Source of the DNA: Eledone cirrhosa
Lineage: Eukaryota
DNA length: 64,000 nt
Reading direction: 5' to 3'
Assembly: GCA_964016885.1 (NCBI GenBank)
Contig: OZ024741.1
Span: forward strand, 149,978,001 to 150,042,000
Shown one piece after another: positions 13,958 to 27,659 of this stretch (positions are counted from its first letter, which is position 1; each line of letters begins with the position of its first letter). The notes beneath the pieces were generated by a model that saw nothing but the letters and a program-made list of their open reading frames with translations, had not been told where the DNA came from and did not search any database. The translations under genes and the position numbers were made by a program.

Positions 13958-14042
<85 letters not shown>
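13510..14042. repeat. Compound (TA)/(CATA)/(CA) microsatellite
   Basis: Seen directly. Confidence 0.9.
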
Positions 14043-14044
<2 letters not shown>

Positions 14045-14646
14045 GCAGTAAAGTGTGAGTCAGGTATAGATTTTGCTGCTATTTGTAGCAGTTCGATCGA
14101 CCACCTAGTCACCTGGTTCGTTTCAGATGAAAACTTTAATTCTACGGGGACTTTTTGTTGTTGCTTCTTAGCCAAGAGAAGGCCTTTCAGGAAAGACATT
14201 CCATTCATGACGATCCACTTGTGTTTTTCTGACAATATATTGTATAAGACAACATTATTCAAAGTATTCTTCCCTTTTAAAAACGTAAGGGAGAAATTCG
14301 TTATTATTTCTAGCCGTGTAAAATACCTCTGATGACGGGAAAACATGGACACGACTGCTCTAGGGAATTGAACCACGCAGTTGTCGTCTACCGTCACAAA
14401 AGGTATTTTAATCGATTTATTCAACTATTATTTATAATTCATCTTCACTGTGACATCTTTAAAAAAAGCAAACACACTTTCGAATTTCCTCAATGCTTCA
14501 CTAACTGAACCAAAATATATATACATACATACATATGTGTGTGTGTATATGTATGTTTATACATATACATGTATGTACAGCTGTATGTAGGCATATATAC
14601 AGATATACATATATTATATATATGCACATATATATGCATATATATG

Positions 14647-14685
<39 letters not shown>

Positions 14686-15202
14686 GCATGTATATATATA
14701 TAGGTATATATAGCAGCCAAATTTATACCTTACTCACACTTTACTGCTTTACATAACAAAAGAAACACATTGGATAATGAGTTCTAAACCATATCCTCTA
14801 AAAGGGTGGGCAGCGTGGTCACAGGGGAATGCCTTCGATCATAAATCTGCCCAGTTAGGTTTGACTTGACAACGATAATAACAATTTGAGTGATCACGGA
14901 TGGAGCGTCATTCTTCTAACATCTGCTCCTGATAAAACAATAACAACAACACCAGCAGCAGTAGCAACAATAACAACAACACCAGCAGCAGTAGCAACAA
15001 TAACAACAACAATAACAACAACACCAGGAGCAGTAGCAACAGCAAAAACGACAATAGCAGTAACAATATCATCATAAACAATAACAGCATCAGCAACTGG
15101 AATTAAAATGAATTTATGAAACATAAGCCTCATAAAGTCCAAAACTGTATTTATTGGATGGTTATCGTTTGAAAGCCCTTTAACAAAGGTCTGCTTCTGG
15201 TA

Positions 15203-15244
15203 CAGCAGCAGCAGCAGCAGCAACAACAACAAAAACAAAACAAA

Positions 15245-15278
<34 letters not shown>

Positions 15279-15356
15279 GCAGCAACAACAACTGCAGCAA
15301 CAACAACAGCAGCAGCAGAACAGCAGCAGCAGCAGAACAGCAGCAGCAGCAACAGC

Positions 15357-15429
<73 letters not shown>

Positions 15430-15577
15430 AGAAAAACAGGAACAGGACACAAAGTGGATTTATTTAACTGAAACTTCATGAAGTCCCAACTGCATTTACA
15501 AGATGGTCGTGGCTGGAACGTCATTCATCAAAGTTCTGCTCCTAGTTGAACAACAACAACAACAACAACAACAGCAA

Positions 15578-15650
<73 letters not shown>

Positions 15651-15712
15651 AAAAACAACAAAAACAAAAACAACAACAACAACAACAACAACAACAGCAG
15701 CAGCAGCAGCAA
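15203..15712. repeat. (CAA/CAG)n repeats
   Basis: Seen directly; two blocks separated by a short unique spacer. Confidence 0.85.
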
Positions 15713-15991
15713 ACATAGCAACAAGAACAACATTTAAAAAATTAAACTGAAATTTCATGCAGTCCAAAACGATATTTGGCTGGTCCTCTTTCGTCTTCGT
15801 TCTTAAATGTAATTTGATTATATCAAACACGAACAGATATTTCGTTTTTCTATTGTTCTTTATCACAATTTGTGTCAACCAGTTTTCTTCACATAAAATT
15901 AGTATTCTTGATAAAGATTTTTTTAAAATCAATTTCTTTGTATCATTTGTTACATTTCTTTTGACTTTTAATTTATATACGAGTGTATATA

Positions 15992-16057
<66 letters not shown>

Positions 16058-16066
16058 TACATTTAC

Positions 16067-16129
<63 letters not shown>

Positions 16130-16180
16130 TATACATATATATATACATATATATATACATATATATATACATATATATAT

Positions 16181-16211
<31 letters not shown>

Positions 16212-16249
16212 CGACATGATATATGTATATATATATATATATATGTATG

Positions 16250-16281
<32 letters not shown>

Positions 16282-16799
16282 TATATTGTTTGATATCACA
16301 AAGACAGAGAAGCAAGGTTTTCGAGTTCTTTTGAAGAAGTTGAAGAAGATTCGAAGAATTACGAGAGCATCAAACGAACGTCTGTCTGATATTCAAAGGT
16401 CCTAATCAGATTTTACTAACCAAACAACGTTATTCATGTTGTTATCATCTGTCAGATGTTGAAGGTGGAGGGAAAGGAAGAGATAAATAAATTAGTCAAA
16501 ACTTTTTCAGACATTTCGTTGACATCTCTGAAAATTTCCTCGTTAAATCACAGATCAACTTATTCTCCTCTTCATTGAGTTATTTCTATTTTTATTGGTT
16601 TTGTTCTGCTTTGTTTTTGTTCGTTTGTTTTTTTTATTGTCAGATAAGACAAAAAAAAAAAGCATAAAACAGTTTTTATCTTGGAATGAAAGCAAAGAGT
16701 TTGAAAGGTTTAAATAAGTACAAATGTATTTTCGTAGACCGCAACTCCATCTATTATATCTAAATAAGTGTTTGTGATTCTATGGGTGGAACACTTTAC

Positions 16800-17180
16800 G
16801 TGTGAGAGATTGTGTGTGTATTTGCGTGCGAATATGTGTGTGTGTATTTGCGTGCGAATATGTGTGTGTGTAAATGTGAGTGTGTGAGTGCGCGAATGTG
16901 TGCGTGTTTGTGTGCGAATGTGTGTGTGTGAGTGTGTGTGTGTGTGAATGTGAGTGTGTGTGTGTGAGTGCGCGAATGTGTGTGTGTTTGTGTGCGAATG
17001 TGTGTGTGTGTGATTGTGTGCGAGTGTGTGTGTGTGAATGTATGTGTGTGTGTGAATGTATGTATGTGTGCGTGTGTGAGTACGCGGATGTGTGTGTTTG
17101 TGTGCGAATGTGTGTGTGTGATTGTGTGCGAGTGTGTGTGAATATGAGTGTGTGTGTGTGAGTGTGCAAATGCGTGTGTG

Positions 17181-17240
<60 letters not shown>
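16800..17240. repeat. (TG)n-derived degenerate minisatellite (tgtgcgaa units)
   Basis: Seen directly. Confidence 0.85.
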
Positions 17241-17245
<5 letters not shown>

Positions 17246-17343
17246 AGCTGTGTATACATGTTTTCTTTGTCTATCTTCCTATACATCAACTTGTACACAC
17301 AGGAATGCACTTATGATTAACACGACTATGTAAATCATTTATT

Positions 17344-17453
<110 letters not shown>

Positions 17454-17676
17454 AATATATAATACGGTGTTCGCTCAATATAGCTATATACATATAAGTA
17501 TGTGTATTTTGTATATCTAATGATATACGGTATGTTTACGAATAAACATTTTAAAGCCTTTAACTATGAATTTTGGAAGCTGGTGGTGTTATGCCATCAA
17601 AGAAATCCCAGCAGAAGCATGGGGGGCGGGAGGAACTACCGACGATCATTTCTGACTGATGGTCGTATATCATTAG

Positions 17677-17749
<73 letters not shown>

Positions 17750-17779
17750 TGTATATATATGTAAGGTATATTAGTAATC

Positions 17780-18460
17780 GGGTTCCGTTATTTCAATCGG
17801 TGAATCGAGGACTGTGTCAGCATACAGTTGCTTTTCACTCAACATATGAATTACCGTTTGAAGTTACTCTTAGGGTGATTTTCTGTAGGTATCACAATCA
17901 ATAATCCGTGGAGCAGTTATAAGTAGACAATAAGTTACACGAATACATCGTTCACCATACAAGCAGGAAAATAGCATTTATTACATAATGTTTACATATG
18001 TTTCATTAATTTGTGAAACTATTACACTTAGAAAGCGCTAATCCTGAGAGGATATTGGGATAAATCGGTTTTCAATATGTTTACAATATTTTCACACATT
18101 GACTTCTCTGTTCTGGCTGCCTATGGACCCTTGTTCTATATCGATATTTCGGTGTTATATTCATTGTTGTAGATGTGCATTATAATCCCATCTCAGGTTT
18201 ATTTACATCTCGTGGAGTCTACATCGTGTGCCTAACATGCAGCTGTGGTGATATAGGGCTCTCTAAGTTAGTGTAACAGTAATAATAGGGAGGGCTGTCA
18301 GTTATGACTTGCACGGCTGGTCTATGTTGTCTAAGATTGAACCTGCACACCATATAACTGACTGTAATTAAAATGCCACACGCTAGGAACATTAAACAGT
18401 TGTATCTTCCTCAGAATGCACCGCTTAATTTGCCGGTCAAATTCAACTTATTTCGATGAC
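17780..18460 (-). mobile_element. Highly degraded Penelope-like 3' remnant (tentative)
   Basis: Minus strand ...gttatatggtgtgcaggttcaatcttagacaacatagaccagccgtgcaagtcata loosely parallels the VVY...KSYVG GIY-YIG region at about 62100. A degenerate CTGACAC-agtc..gatt-GAAA motif lies near 17790-17822. Confidence 0.3.
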
Positions 18461-18564
18461 TGACACTAAAGCAAAAATATATTTCTGTTACTGGATTTAC
18501 TAATTAATGGATTTACTAATTACTGGATATACTAATTACTGGATTTACTAATTACTGGATATAA

Positions 18565-18752
18565 TAATAGTTTCTACTTTTGGCACAAGGCCAACAATTA
18601 TCCCAGTGCATTACTGGTACTTTATTTTATCGAACCCATAAGGATGAAAGGCAAAATTAACATCGGCGGGATTTGAACTCAGACCGTAAAGGGCCGTAAC
18701 TCTATTCTGCAAAGCATGGCGTCCGACCTTCTACCGATATTACCGATCCACA
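18565..18752 (-). mobile_element. SINE, family of 3791-3976
   Basis: Shared core; followed by (TAA)n at 18760-18822. Confidence 0.8.
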
Positions 18753-18758
18753 GGTAAA

Positions 18759-18822
<64 letters not shown>

Positions 18823-19769
18823 TAGGGAAGAAGACGCACGTGGTGGTAGAAGGTCATGAAATCGCTCCCGTAAGTTTTTGATTTTTAACATATTTAAATC
18901 AATTGTGAAATAACAATTCTTAGTACAAATGATGCATAAACCACCGAATCAAGTCCCATAAAATTTCGGATCCATATTATATTGCTATATCGCTCAAATA
19001 TTCAATTTTGTATTATATATTTTGTATTCAAAAAAGAAAATGGTTATAAATGGAAGAAAACACCCTCTGTCTACACTATATAGAACAGCCAAATAACAGC
19101 AATTTCACCAACACCAGAAACTTGATACACCACTTACCCCATCACACTAAATATAACAACCAGATAACGGCAATTTTACCACCACGACCACCAATCCCAG
19201 CATCATAATAATAATTACTATTATTATTGTCTCAAGTTTTAACAAAATGTTTAATTCCAATTTTACGGGAATATGTCAACACAATATATATTAAACATAC
19301 GCGACACAAACTCATAGATACTACATATCACAAAACTCAGTAACGACAACGCCACCGCCGCCACCACTCCATCCATCATTGCTACCACTATCCCATCACC
19401 GCCGCCACCACTCCTTCATTGCTACCACCACTATTCCCCTGTTAACATAAGAAAGGGGAAGGTGGCGGTATCACTAGACAAGGGAGAGGCCAAACGTCAA
19501 CAATCATCAACAACTATGGCACTGCTGGCTCCCCCCTTCCTCACCAACAATATAAAAAGCCCCAGCACCACCACCGACATAGCCAACAACAATAACAGGC
19601 AACTTCAGCAAAAAGTATATTATATTATTGTAATGCACTGGGTGATTGCTGGCCTTGTGCCTGGAGTGGAGACAATTATTAATAATTTCATTCTTAAGCC
19701 ACGCAATGCTCAGATTAAGGAACCACTCATGACAATAACAATTTAAAAAAAAAACAACAAAAAGAAAAC

Positions 19770-22700
19770 CCCGTGACCAAGAAATAACGGGATGGCGGCC
19801 GGCGGGGAATAGCCGTGTCTCTAGGGGAGAACGACCCCTCTAGTCTTGGTTGACACTCCTTCTAGAAGTGGTAACACGAAATGATTACCCCTTGGCGGAT
19901 AAGGATAAAACGCGACAAAATAAAGTAAATGTCTAATGATAAAATCTCATACCGGATCGGCCGTCACCCGGGTAAAAAAGGGCCGCGTCCCTCAGAGAGG
20001 AACCAGACTGGGGTCGAAAAATCAGCTAATGGTTCAACCTTCCCATCACTTCGGAGCTGGAGACCTCCAATAACCGGAATACTCCTACTGTTGGCCCTCC
20101 ATGCTCACCACCAACAAATCCAAAGAAAAAGAGAGAAAAATGGTCAAGGGAAGATAATAAAGAAGTCCTTGAGGCTTTCTACACTGCCATGTACTACCCA
20201 TCAAATACATCGAATACAGAACAGACATATATCAACTGGAAAAAGAAACATCCCGAAAACAGAGGCTATATTGACAGTAACAAACTAGCCAATATAGGAA
20301 GACATATTGTAAGAAAAAAGTTACTAACTGATATAGAAATTGATCAGATCAAGCTATTAGCACAAAGTCAGCGAAGGGAAAATGAAACATGTGTCAGTGA
20401 AAACGAGGTAAATTGTAACACTTCGAATCCCAGGGTTGGGGCGGAATCACTGGCAACAGAACAAATTAAAGAAAGGATCGAAAAAGTGGAGGGAGTGCAT
20501 GCTCAAGATGAAACTCCAAATGAAAATAATGAGATCGTAAATGATAAAGAAATGAATGAGAATGAACTTGCCAACTTGAAGGATGAAATTATGATCGAAT
20601 GGATGAAAATGAAAGAATCTGACATGGGGCAACGAGACACCCTCCCTAAGATCCAGAACTCCAAACAGAACCAAAAGATAATACACAAGACTAACATAAT
20701 TCTCAAAAACAAAGGAATTCCCACAATAAATCTACTTGGCAAGAGAACATCAATCGCCAAATAAACCTTCTCCGATCTGACATAGAAATTTTAACAAACT
20801 ATAAAGTAGGTGAACATGTTAAACAAACTAAACTTAGAAAATTGAAAAGAAAGTACAGTATAAAATCAACAAGTGACATAGACATGCTGATAGAAATAAT
20901 CAAGCAAAAAGTGTCGGCCAAAGCTGCTCGTATAAGGCGCTTTGAAAAACGATCTAGATTCTATAAGGACAATAATATGTTCAAAAACAACCAAAGAAAC
21001 TTCTACAGAAAAATTGGTAAGTCAACAATAACTGCTAAATCAATACCACCCAAGGAGGAAGTGCAAGAATTCTGGGAAAAGATCTGGGCCGAAGAAAAAG
21101 TTCATAACATACATGCCCCATGGATAGACAGACAAATGAAAGATACAGCTCACCTTGAGGAACAAACATGGGAAAATATAACAGTTGAACAGTTGCGCTT
21201 GGCTCTAAGAAAAACCAGCAAATGGAAATCCCCAGGAAAAGACAAAATACAAAACTTTTGGATAAATGCCTTCACAGAGTCTCATGAGCTGTTAGCCCAA
21301 CTTTACAATGAAATAGTTAAGGAGCCAGAAAAGATACCATCATGGCTAGTTAACGGCATTACATTCCTGCTTCCGAAGAATGATGAGACAAACAATCCCA
21401 AAAATTACAGACCGATAACTTGCTTGACCACAATGTATAAAATTTTAACATCAGTCCTAACTGAATACACATATGACCACCTGATAACAAATGACCTATT
21501 TCCCATTGAGCAGAAAGGGTGTAAACGAGGCTCATATGGCTGTAAGGATCAGCTTTTGGTTAACAAAATGATACTGGAAGATTGTCATAATAGACACAAA
21601 AATCTATCGATTGCTTGGATAGATTATAAAAAAGCATTCGATAGTTTGCCACACAGTTGGATTGAAAAATGTTTAGAGATTTTCAAAATATCCCCCGTTG
21701 TCAGGAGGTTTTTGTCATTCAGTATGAAGACATGGAAAACGACACTCCTTTTGAATAGTGAAACAAAATCACTGGAAGCTGGAGAAGTTAATATTAATTG
21801 TGGAATTTTTCAGGGTGACTCTTTATCACCGCTTTTATTCTGCATCGCACTTATACCATTAAGTAAAATGCTCAATGAAACAAAACATGGATATAAAGTC
21901 TATGACAAAACCATTAATCACTTATTCTACATGGATGACCTGAAACTATTTGCAAAAAATGATGAACAATTGCAAGGTCTATTATCCACTGTGGGGCAGT
22001 TCAGTGATGACATTAAAATGGAGTTTGGACTAGATAAATGCACCAAAGCAACGTTCACCAGAGGAAAGCTGCTGAAGAGTTCAGACATTAATCTTGATCG
22101 GGGGAACGTGATAAGAGAACTTGATCAAGAAAAAACTTACAAATATCTAGGTGTTTGTGAAGGAGACGGAATCAAGAACTCGACAATGAGGGAAAGGATA
22201 AGGAAGGAATGTTACCGCAGAGTAAGAGCAATCTTAAGAACGGAATTGAATGCAAGGAATAGGATCGATGCCATAAACACGCTTGCCATACCAGTAGTAA
22301 CCTACAGTTACAATGTCATCAACTGGTCAAGCACAGAGATCCGTAGGCTCGATACAAAAATTCGAAAATTCTTAACCATGCACAGAATGCATCACCCTAA
22401 GGCAGATATAGATAGAATATATCTCCCTAGGAAAGAAGGAGGACGTGGGTTAATCCAGTTAGACATTGCGTTGAAAACTGCAACAATTGGATTATCTACA
22501 TATCTAAGGGAATCACATGGTTGGATGATCAAACTCGTTTTGAAACACGAAAGCATCAAAAGATCATATTCCATTACAAAAGATGCACAAAGATACAGTA
22601 ATGGACTACAAATTTCAGAAGTCCCATTTACTGCTGAAATGGAAAACACAGAAAAAGCAAAGCAGGTAAAAGTAACTGCAAAGAAACTGGCTAAGAAATG

Positions 22701-23622
22701 GCAAGAAAAGCCTCTGTATGGAAAATACCCAGAGCGAGCTAACAATCCTGATGTTGACAAAACTTTAACCCATCAGTGGTTGGCATCCTCTGGACTGAAA
22801 TCGGAGACTGAAGGACTGATTATATCAGCACAAGATCAGTGTCTGCCAACAAAAAATCACCAAGCCAGCATAATAAAAAATGGATGCAGCCCATTATGCC
22901 GTGTATGCAAAAAACAACCAGAGACCATTGGCCATATAATTTCAATGTGCAGTCCTATAGCTCCAACCGAATACCTAAACAGGCATGACAGAGTTGCACA
23001 ATACATACATTGGATAATGTGTAAGCATTTTGACCTGCCCCATCAAAAGAACTGGTGGGAGCATCAACCACCTCCCATACTTGAAAAAGATCACATCTCA
23101 ATCTTGAGGAACTTTAGCATCCAAACAGACCGAAAAATAGATGCAAATAGACCTGATATAATATTGAAGGACTTTAAAAAGAGGGTATGCCTGCTAATTG
23201 ATATGTCTGTTCCAATAGACAAGAATGTATCTATAAAAACATTTGAAAAATTGAGCAAGTATAAGGACCTGGAGATAGAAATTGGAAAAATGTGGAAATT
23301 GAGAACTAAAACAATACCAGTGGTTGTAGGCGCTCTGGGAATGATACCTAAGGGGTCTAATGATTACTTATCGCAAATCCCAGGAAACCCGCGTATAGGA
23401 GAAATACAAAAGATAGTACTAATGGGAACTGCCCATATACTAAGGAAGATTCTGTCAATATAAGTACATCACAAGTCTAAACACTAAAGATGCATGTGTG
23501 AGTATGTATGTTCTTTCTTGAACATGGCGGACCTTGTTGTCTCTTGAGGTCACTGGTTGTGACTTGGTGATAACTCGTATGAACATAAAGCAAGATAAAT
23601 GCAACTGTAATAATAATAATAA
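19770..23622 (+). mobile_element. R4/Dong-clade non-LTR retrotransposon (RT + restriction-like endonuclease)
   Basis: Single long ORF, frameshifted 5' of about 20840, with a short 3' UTR ending in (TAA)n at 23608-23622, the known Dong target. Confidence 0.9.
20842..23463 (+). CDS. Reverse transcriptase + CCHC zinc finger + RLE endonuclease (873-aa open frame; N-terminus 19929-20764 frameshifted)
   Basis: Motifs KSPGKD, NYRPITCL, WIDYKKAFDS, GIFQGDSLSP, YMDD, YKYLG, CRVC..ETIGHIISMC, RHD, RPDII...LIDMSVP, KYKDL. Confidence 0.9.
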   Translation: MKRKYSIKSTSDIDMLIEIIKQKVSAKAARIRRFEKRSRFYKDNNMFKNNQRNFYRKIGKSTITAKSIPPKEEVQEFWEKIWAEEKVHNIHAPWIDRQMKDTAHLEEQTWENITVEQLRLALRKTSKWKSPGKDKIQNFWINAFTESHELLAQLYNEIVKEPEKIPSWLVNGITFLLPKNDETNNPKNYRPITCLTTMYKILTSVLTEYTYDHLITNDLFPIEQKGCKRGSYGCKDQLLVNKMILEDCHNRHKNLSIAWIDYKKAFDSLPHSWIEKCLEIFKISPVVRRFLSFSMKTWKTTLLLNSETKSLEAGEVNINCGIFQGDSLSPLLFCIALIPLSKMLNETKHGYKVYDKTINHLFYMDDLKLFAKNDEQLQGLLSTVGQFSDDIKMEFGLDKCTKATFTRGKLLKSSDINLDRGNVIRELDQEKTYKYLGVCEGDGIKNSTMRERIRKECYRRVRAILRTELNARNRIDAINTLAIPVVTYSYNVINWSSTEIRRLDTKIRKFLTMHRMHHPKADIDRIYLPRKEGGRGLIQLDIALKTATIGLSTYLRESHGWMIKLVLKHESIKRSYSITKDAQRYSNGLQISEVPFTAEMENTEKAKQVKVTAKKLAKKWQEKPLYGKYPERANNPDVDKTLTHQWLASSGLKSETEGLIISAQDQCLPTKNHQASIIKNGCSPLCRVCKKQPETIGHIISMCSPIAPTEYLNRHDRVAQYIHWIMCKHFDLPHQKNWWEHQPPPILEKDHISILRNFSIQTDRKIDANRPDIILKDFKKRVCLLIDMSVPIDKNVSIKTFEKLSKYKDLEIEIGKMWKLRTKTIPVVVGALGMIPKGSNDYLSQIPGNPRIGEIQKIVLMGTAHILRKILSI

Positions 23623-23879
23623 TGCTTTCTTTATTAACCACAAGGGTTTACATAAAGTAGACATTAAGGACAGTACAGGACAATACAGGACGGTACAAAA
23701 GGGCGTGTAAAAAAACAAAAAACAGAGGATGTAATAATAGAACAATGAAAAAATTCCCCAATAGGGGGGAGACTTCCGAGGGACATTTGTGGAGAAAGCC
23801 CAATAAAAAGCCACAGTGACCCTGACCACCAGGGCAAGTAATCTCTCCCAGTTTTCCACCTTTAATTTACAGACATATA

Positions 23880-26800
23880 CTCAGAGTAGGCCCATTCACT
23901 CGGGCCATTCTTGCCTCTCTCACCCATCTTTCAACAAAATGCTGGGAAGAGAGAACTTCCCTCTCTACCTGATTTTCCTTTTCAAATGAAATTTGAAAAA
24001 GTTAATCAGGACATCACCGAAGAGGTAAGTGCTCGTCTTCAGCAATTTCAAACGTGTCCACCATACTATCTCTTTCTCCATAGCCACCAGACAGATAAAA
24101 ACTGCCTGCCCTTCCCGGCTAGAGGAAGAGGGCGGGGTAATCCTCACGATGGACTCAGCTGATAGCTGGATCCGTCCTACACGCGACAGCAGGTCTTCGA
24201 CATAAACACACAAGTCAGCAATGCTTGGACACTGGACGAGTGCGTGCAGGACGGTTTCGTCGCCCTGCGCGCATCTCGGACATGCCCGGCTGACGGCTCC
24301 TCCATGCCTGTAGAGTTTATCTCGAACTGGCAAAGCTCCTCGGTAGCACTGCCAGGCCAGGGATTTCTGGAAGTTGTCCATAGGTCCCGGCCCGAAAGTT
24401 CTTCCGAAGAGATTCGCTAGTTGATTTTCGTCGACGCCTAGAGTTCCCCCAAGTACGTCGTCGCTCTTCCCCTCAACTAATCCTCTATAGAACGCCAAGG
24501 TGGAGTTTCCACCGATCCCATTGCCCGATTGGTCGAGGGCTGTGAGCGCCTGAAGACATTCCAGTCTCCAAGCGCTCCCTCTCGGTCTTCGCTTGACCCA
24601 GGACTGCAGCTCCGTCAAAGAGACGAGCTGGGGAAAGACGCGTCTAGCAAACGGCGACCACACATGATCACCGTCGGAGAAGAGGTGGAGATGTCATAGC
24701 CTGAGCGCGTGTCTGCGCATCATCAGCCACGTAGTGGGTGTTGACAGCAGATGGGCCGCCTGACCATCGGAGCGCGTCCCTTCCACAAAAAGCGAAGAGC
24801 AAACGCTCCAGCGCAGTCAGGCGGGGCTTACGACAAGATACGACGGTCAGGCGGTAGTAGATGACGGACGCGATGTACGCGTTAGCCACCTCCGCTCGAC
24901 CTTTCAGGGATAGCTTCCTCTCGGCCCATTTCTGGGTGAGAGAAGCCACCCTGCTCGTCACCTCGTCCCAGTTTTTGTCCGTCTGGAGGTCCGGACCGAA
25001 CCAGATCCCTAGCAATTTAACCGGTCCGTCCGTCTAGCGCCCGACGACGCTGTTGAACGGCATGGACCTGCCTCTCCAGGTGCCGAGCTGCAGGCCCACT
25101 GACTTTTCCTGGTTGATCATTGCTCCTGTCACCGCTTCGTATTCTCTTAGTGTAGTGCCGATCTCCTCGATGTGTTTGGCGTTCGACACCACTACGGTGA
25201 CATCGTCCGCATATGCTGACACGGATCTTCCGCGTCCAAGTTCTCGCGGGTTCCCCCTCAACGTCTCCAGTTTGTGCAGTAATGGCTCGAGAGTCAATAC
25301 GTACAAGAGCGACGAGAGGGGACATCCTTGGCGGACCGAGCGCATGATGTTGAACGGTTCCGAAAGGTGACCGTTCACTCTCACCACAGAGCAGATGTCG
25401 CTGTGCATGGCAGCGATCCAGCCTCTGAAGACGGGCCCAAAGCCAGCCGCCCTCAGGACTGCCGCCAGATAACCCTATCGAAAGCTTTCGACTGATCTAA
25501 ATTGATCAAGGACCCACCCATGCCGGGTTCCCTAGCTACCCTCTCTACGATGTATCGCATGAGGTGGAGGTTGTCGTGGGTGGATCTGTCGGGAATGGCG
25601 CATGTCTGCGCCTCTCCCACCAGACCACCAACGACAAGCGCCAATCTCTTTGCTAGCACCTTGGCCAAAATCTTGAACTCTGTGTTTAGCAGTTATGGGC
25701 CTGAAATTATCCCCCTTGTTCGGATTCTTTCTCAGCAGCACCACCGCTCCTTGGCTCACAGAGCTGGGAATTCTCCCGTTCTGTTGCCAGTTGCAGTAGA
25801 CGTCCGCCAAGAGACCTCCGAACAAGTCTGGCATCTGTACGTAAAGTTTATAGGGCAGACCATCCAAACCAGGCGATTTACCCCTTGTGCAGCCAGTCAT
25901 TGCCTCCCGTACTTCAGCGGCTGTTATCGGCTTTTCGCAACATTCCGCCTCAGTGGACGAGAGCCACGGCAGTCCGTCGAGGTAGACACTAAAGTCCATC
26001 CCTCGATCCGGCCTGCCGCTGCCCCCGAACAGCTGAGCGAAGTGTCGCTGAAAAGCTTCACACATTTGCCCTGGATCGAGTAGCATGAGCCCATCGTGGT
26101 TCACCAAAGACCGGATCGTGGCTTTGTTGCCACGACGCGCATCCGCCACTCGGGCCCATTGAATGGCTTTCGTCCCCTCGTGTGTGAGAGCACGCACCCT
26201 AGCTCTGACAGCGCAGCCTTCGAGCTTTGCATTGAAGAATTGGTCAAGGACCAATTTCGCCGCAAGTACGTCGGTCGCGATGCTTTTGCTAAGCGCCTCG
26301 TCTAATTTTCTAACTAGTTCTCCCTCTGCTCTATTTTTCTCTATTGCTAAAGCCTTACTAAACCTAATGGACTCTATTCTAATCGCTCTTTTCAGAGCAA
26401 ACCACCACTTGTTGTTGACGATGGCCCCCGTCAACGCCCGCTTAACTAGTTTGCTAATCCGGTCTCTGTAGGCCTTGCGCGCTGGTAAGGACGCGTTTAG
26501 CTTCCAGTAGCCGGGTCCTCGTCTATGAAGCCTATCTAAGTCAAGCACACAAATCACGAATTTGTGGTCCGTGTAGCTGACTATCTTGAATTGTGGACAG
26601 CCTATGCTAGACCTATCTATTTCCCTACCAAATACTCTATCTAGATATGATCTGGATGACCCTATGCGGTTTGTCCAAGTCCACATTGGCACATTCGGGA
26701 AATCCAATCGGTACCTCTCAGACAGTTCAAAACGCCTGAGCAGGTTGGTGAGGCTCTTGCAGCCTCCCCCCTATCCGCTAATCCACACAGTCCCAGCATG

Positions 26801-27616
26801 CATCTAAGATCCCGTTCCAGTCGCCCACTAACACTAAAGAGCGGGACGTTCCAAGAAAGGTCTCCAGACGCCGGAAGAAATCGAGCCGCCTTGCTCCTGT
26901 CGGGGCATAGACCGCCACTAGCCTGAAAGCTTGCCCGTCTCCGCTGGTCACGTCCAGTACCACCAACTTACCTTCTGGGTTCAGGAAGATGGCGAGATCC
27001 AAACCTCTCCGAAAAAGCACAGCAACTCCTCGTCGTCACAATCTGTCTCCAGTTGTGATAGGCCGGGGAGTGGAAAATCCTCCACAGGCGTTAGTTTTGG
27101 TTGTGGCGTGGTGGATGGTGTAGGCGCTGGTGCTAGTTCTGGCGCGTTGGGTGGTGGTGGTGTTGGTTTTGCTACTGTTGCTGGGGTTGTTGCTGTTACA
27201 GTTATACTAAAGAGCGGGACGTTCCAAGAAAGGTCTCCAGACGCCGGAAGAAAATCAGGCCGCCCTGCTCCTGTCGGGGCATAGACGGCCACTAGCGTGA
27301 AAGCTTGCCCGTCTCCGCTGCTCACGTCTAGCACCACCAACTTAACTTCTAGGTCCAGGAAATGGCCCGTATGGCGAGATCCAAACCTCTCCGAAAAAGC
27401 ACAGCAACTCCTTCCCCCCGATCCCGGACGGCTGGGAGATGCGTACACATCGTACCCGCCGAATATCGGTGCAAAGGCCCGTGCGTCGGAGATTCTGGTC
27501 TCGCTGATGGTCACTACATCTATGTTTAGTGACCTGAGGTCGTTGAGCAGGTGGCCCTGTTTCCATGACGACCCCAAGCCACGTGCATTTATGCTGCCTA
27601 TTCTGAGTGAGGTCAT
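23880..27616 (-). pseudogene. Tx1/L1 ORF2 (AP endonuclease, RT, zf-RVT) with multiple frameshifts
   Basis: SINARGL, ISETR, VGDWN, YLDRVF, TDHK, GKSPGLDG, LDQSKAFDRV, VRQGCPLS, YADDVT, CPRC..ETVLHALVQC across ORF fragments. Confidence 0.88.
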
Positions 27617-27659
27617 GTTGAAATGGAGTGGAAAAGTTGGGAAAGACCACTTACCTTAC

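Noticed and set aside
14045-14424. About 128-codon non-repetitive minus-strand frame and a CTGATGA-cgg-GAAA motif
   Set aside because: No recognisable domain, and the motif has no stem II or stem I pairing.
13436-17333. YI/HT/CV-repeat ORFs here and throughout the window
   Set aside because: Translations of (TA)n and (CA)n microsatellites.
18488-18562. Short tandem repeat of about 16 nt (ttactggatttactaa)
   Set aside because: Ordinary minisatellite with no further structure.
18820-19630. Possible LINE 5' UTR/ORF1 remnant
   Set aside because: Only compositional similarity to the Tx1 5' end; no alignable motif.
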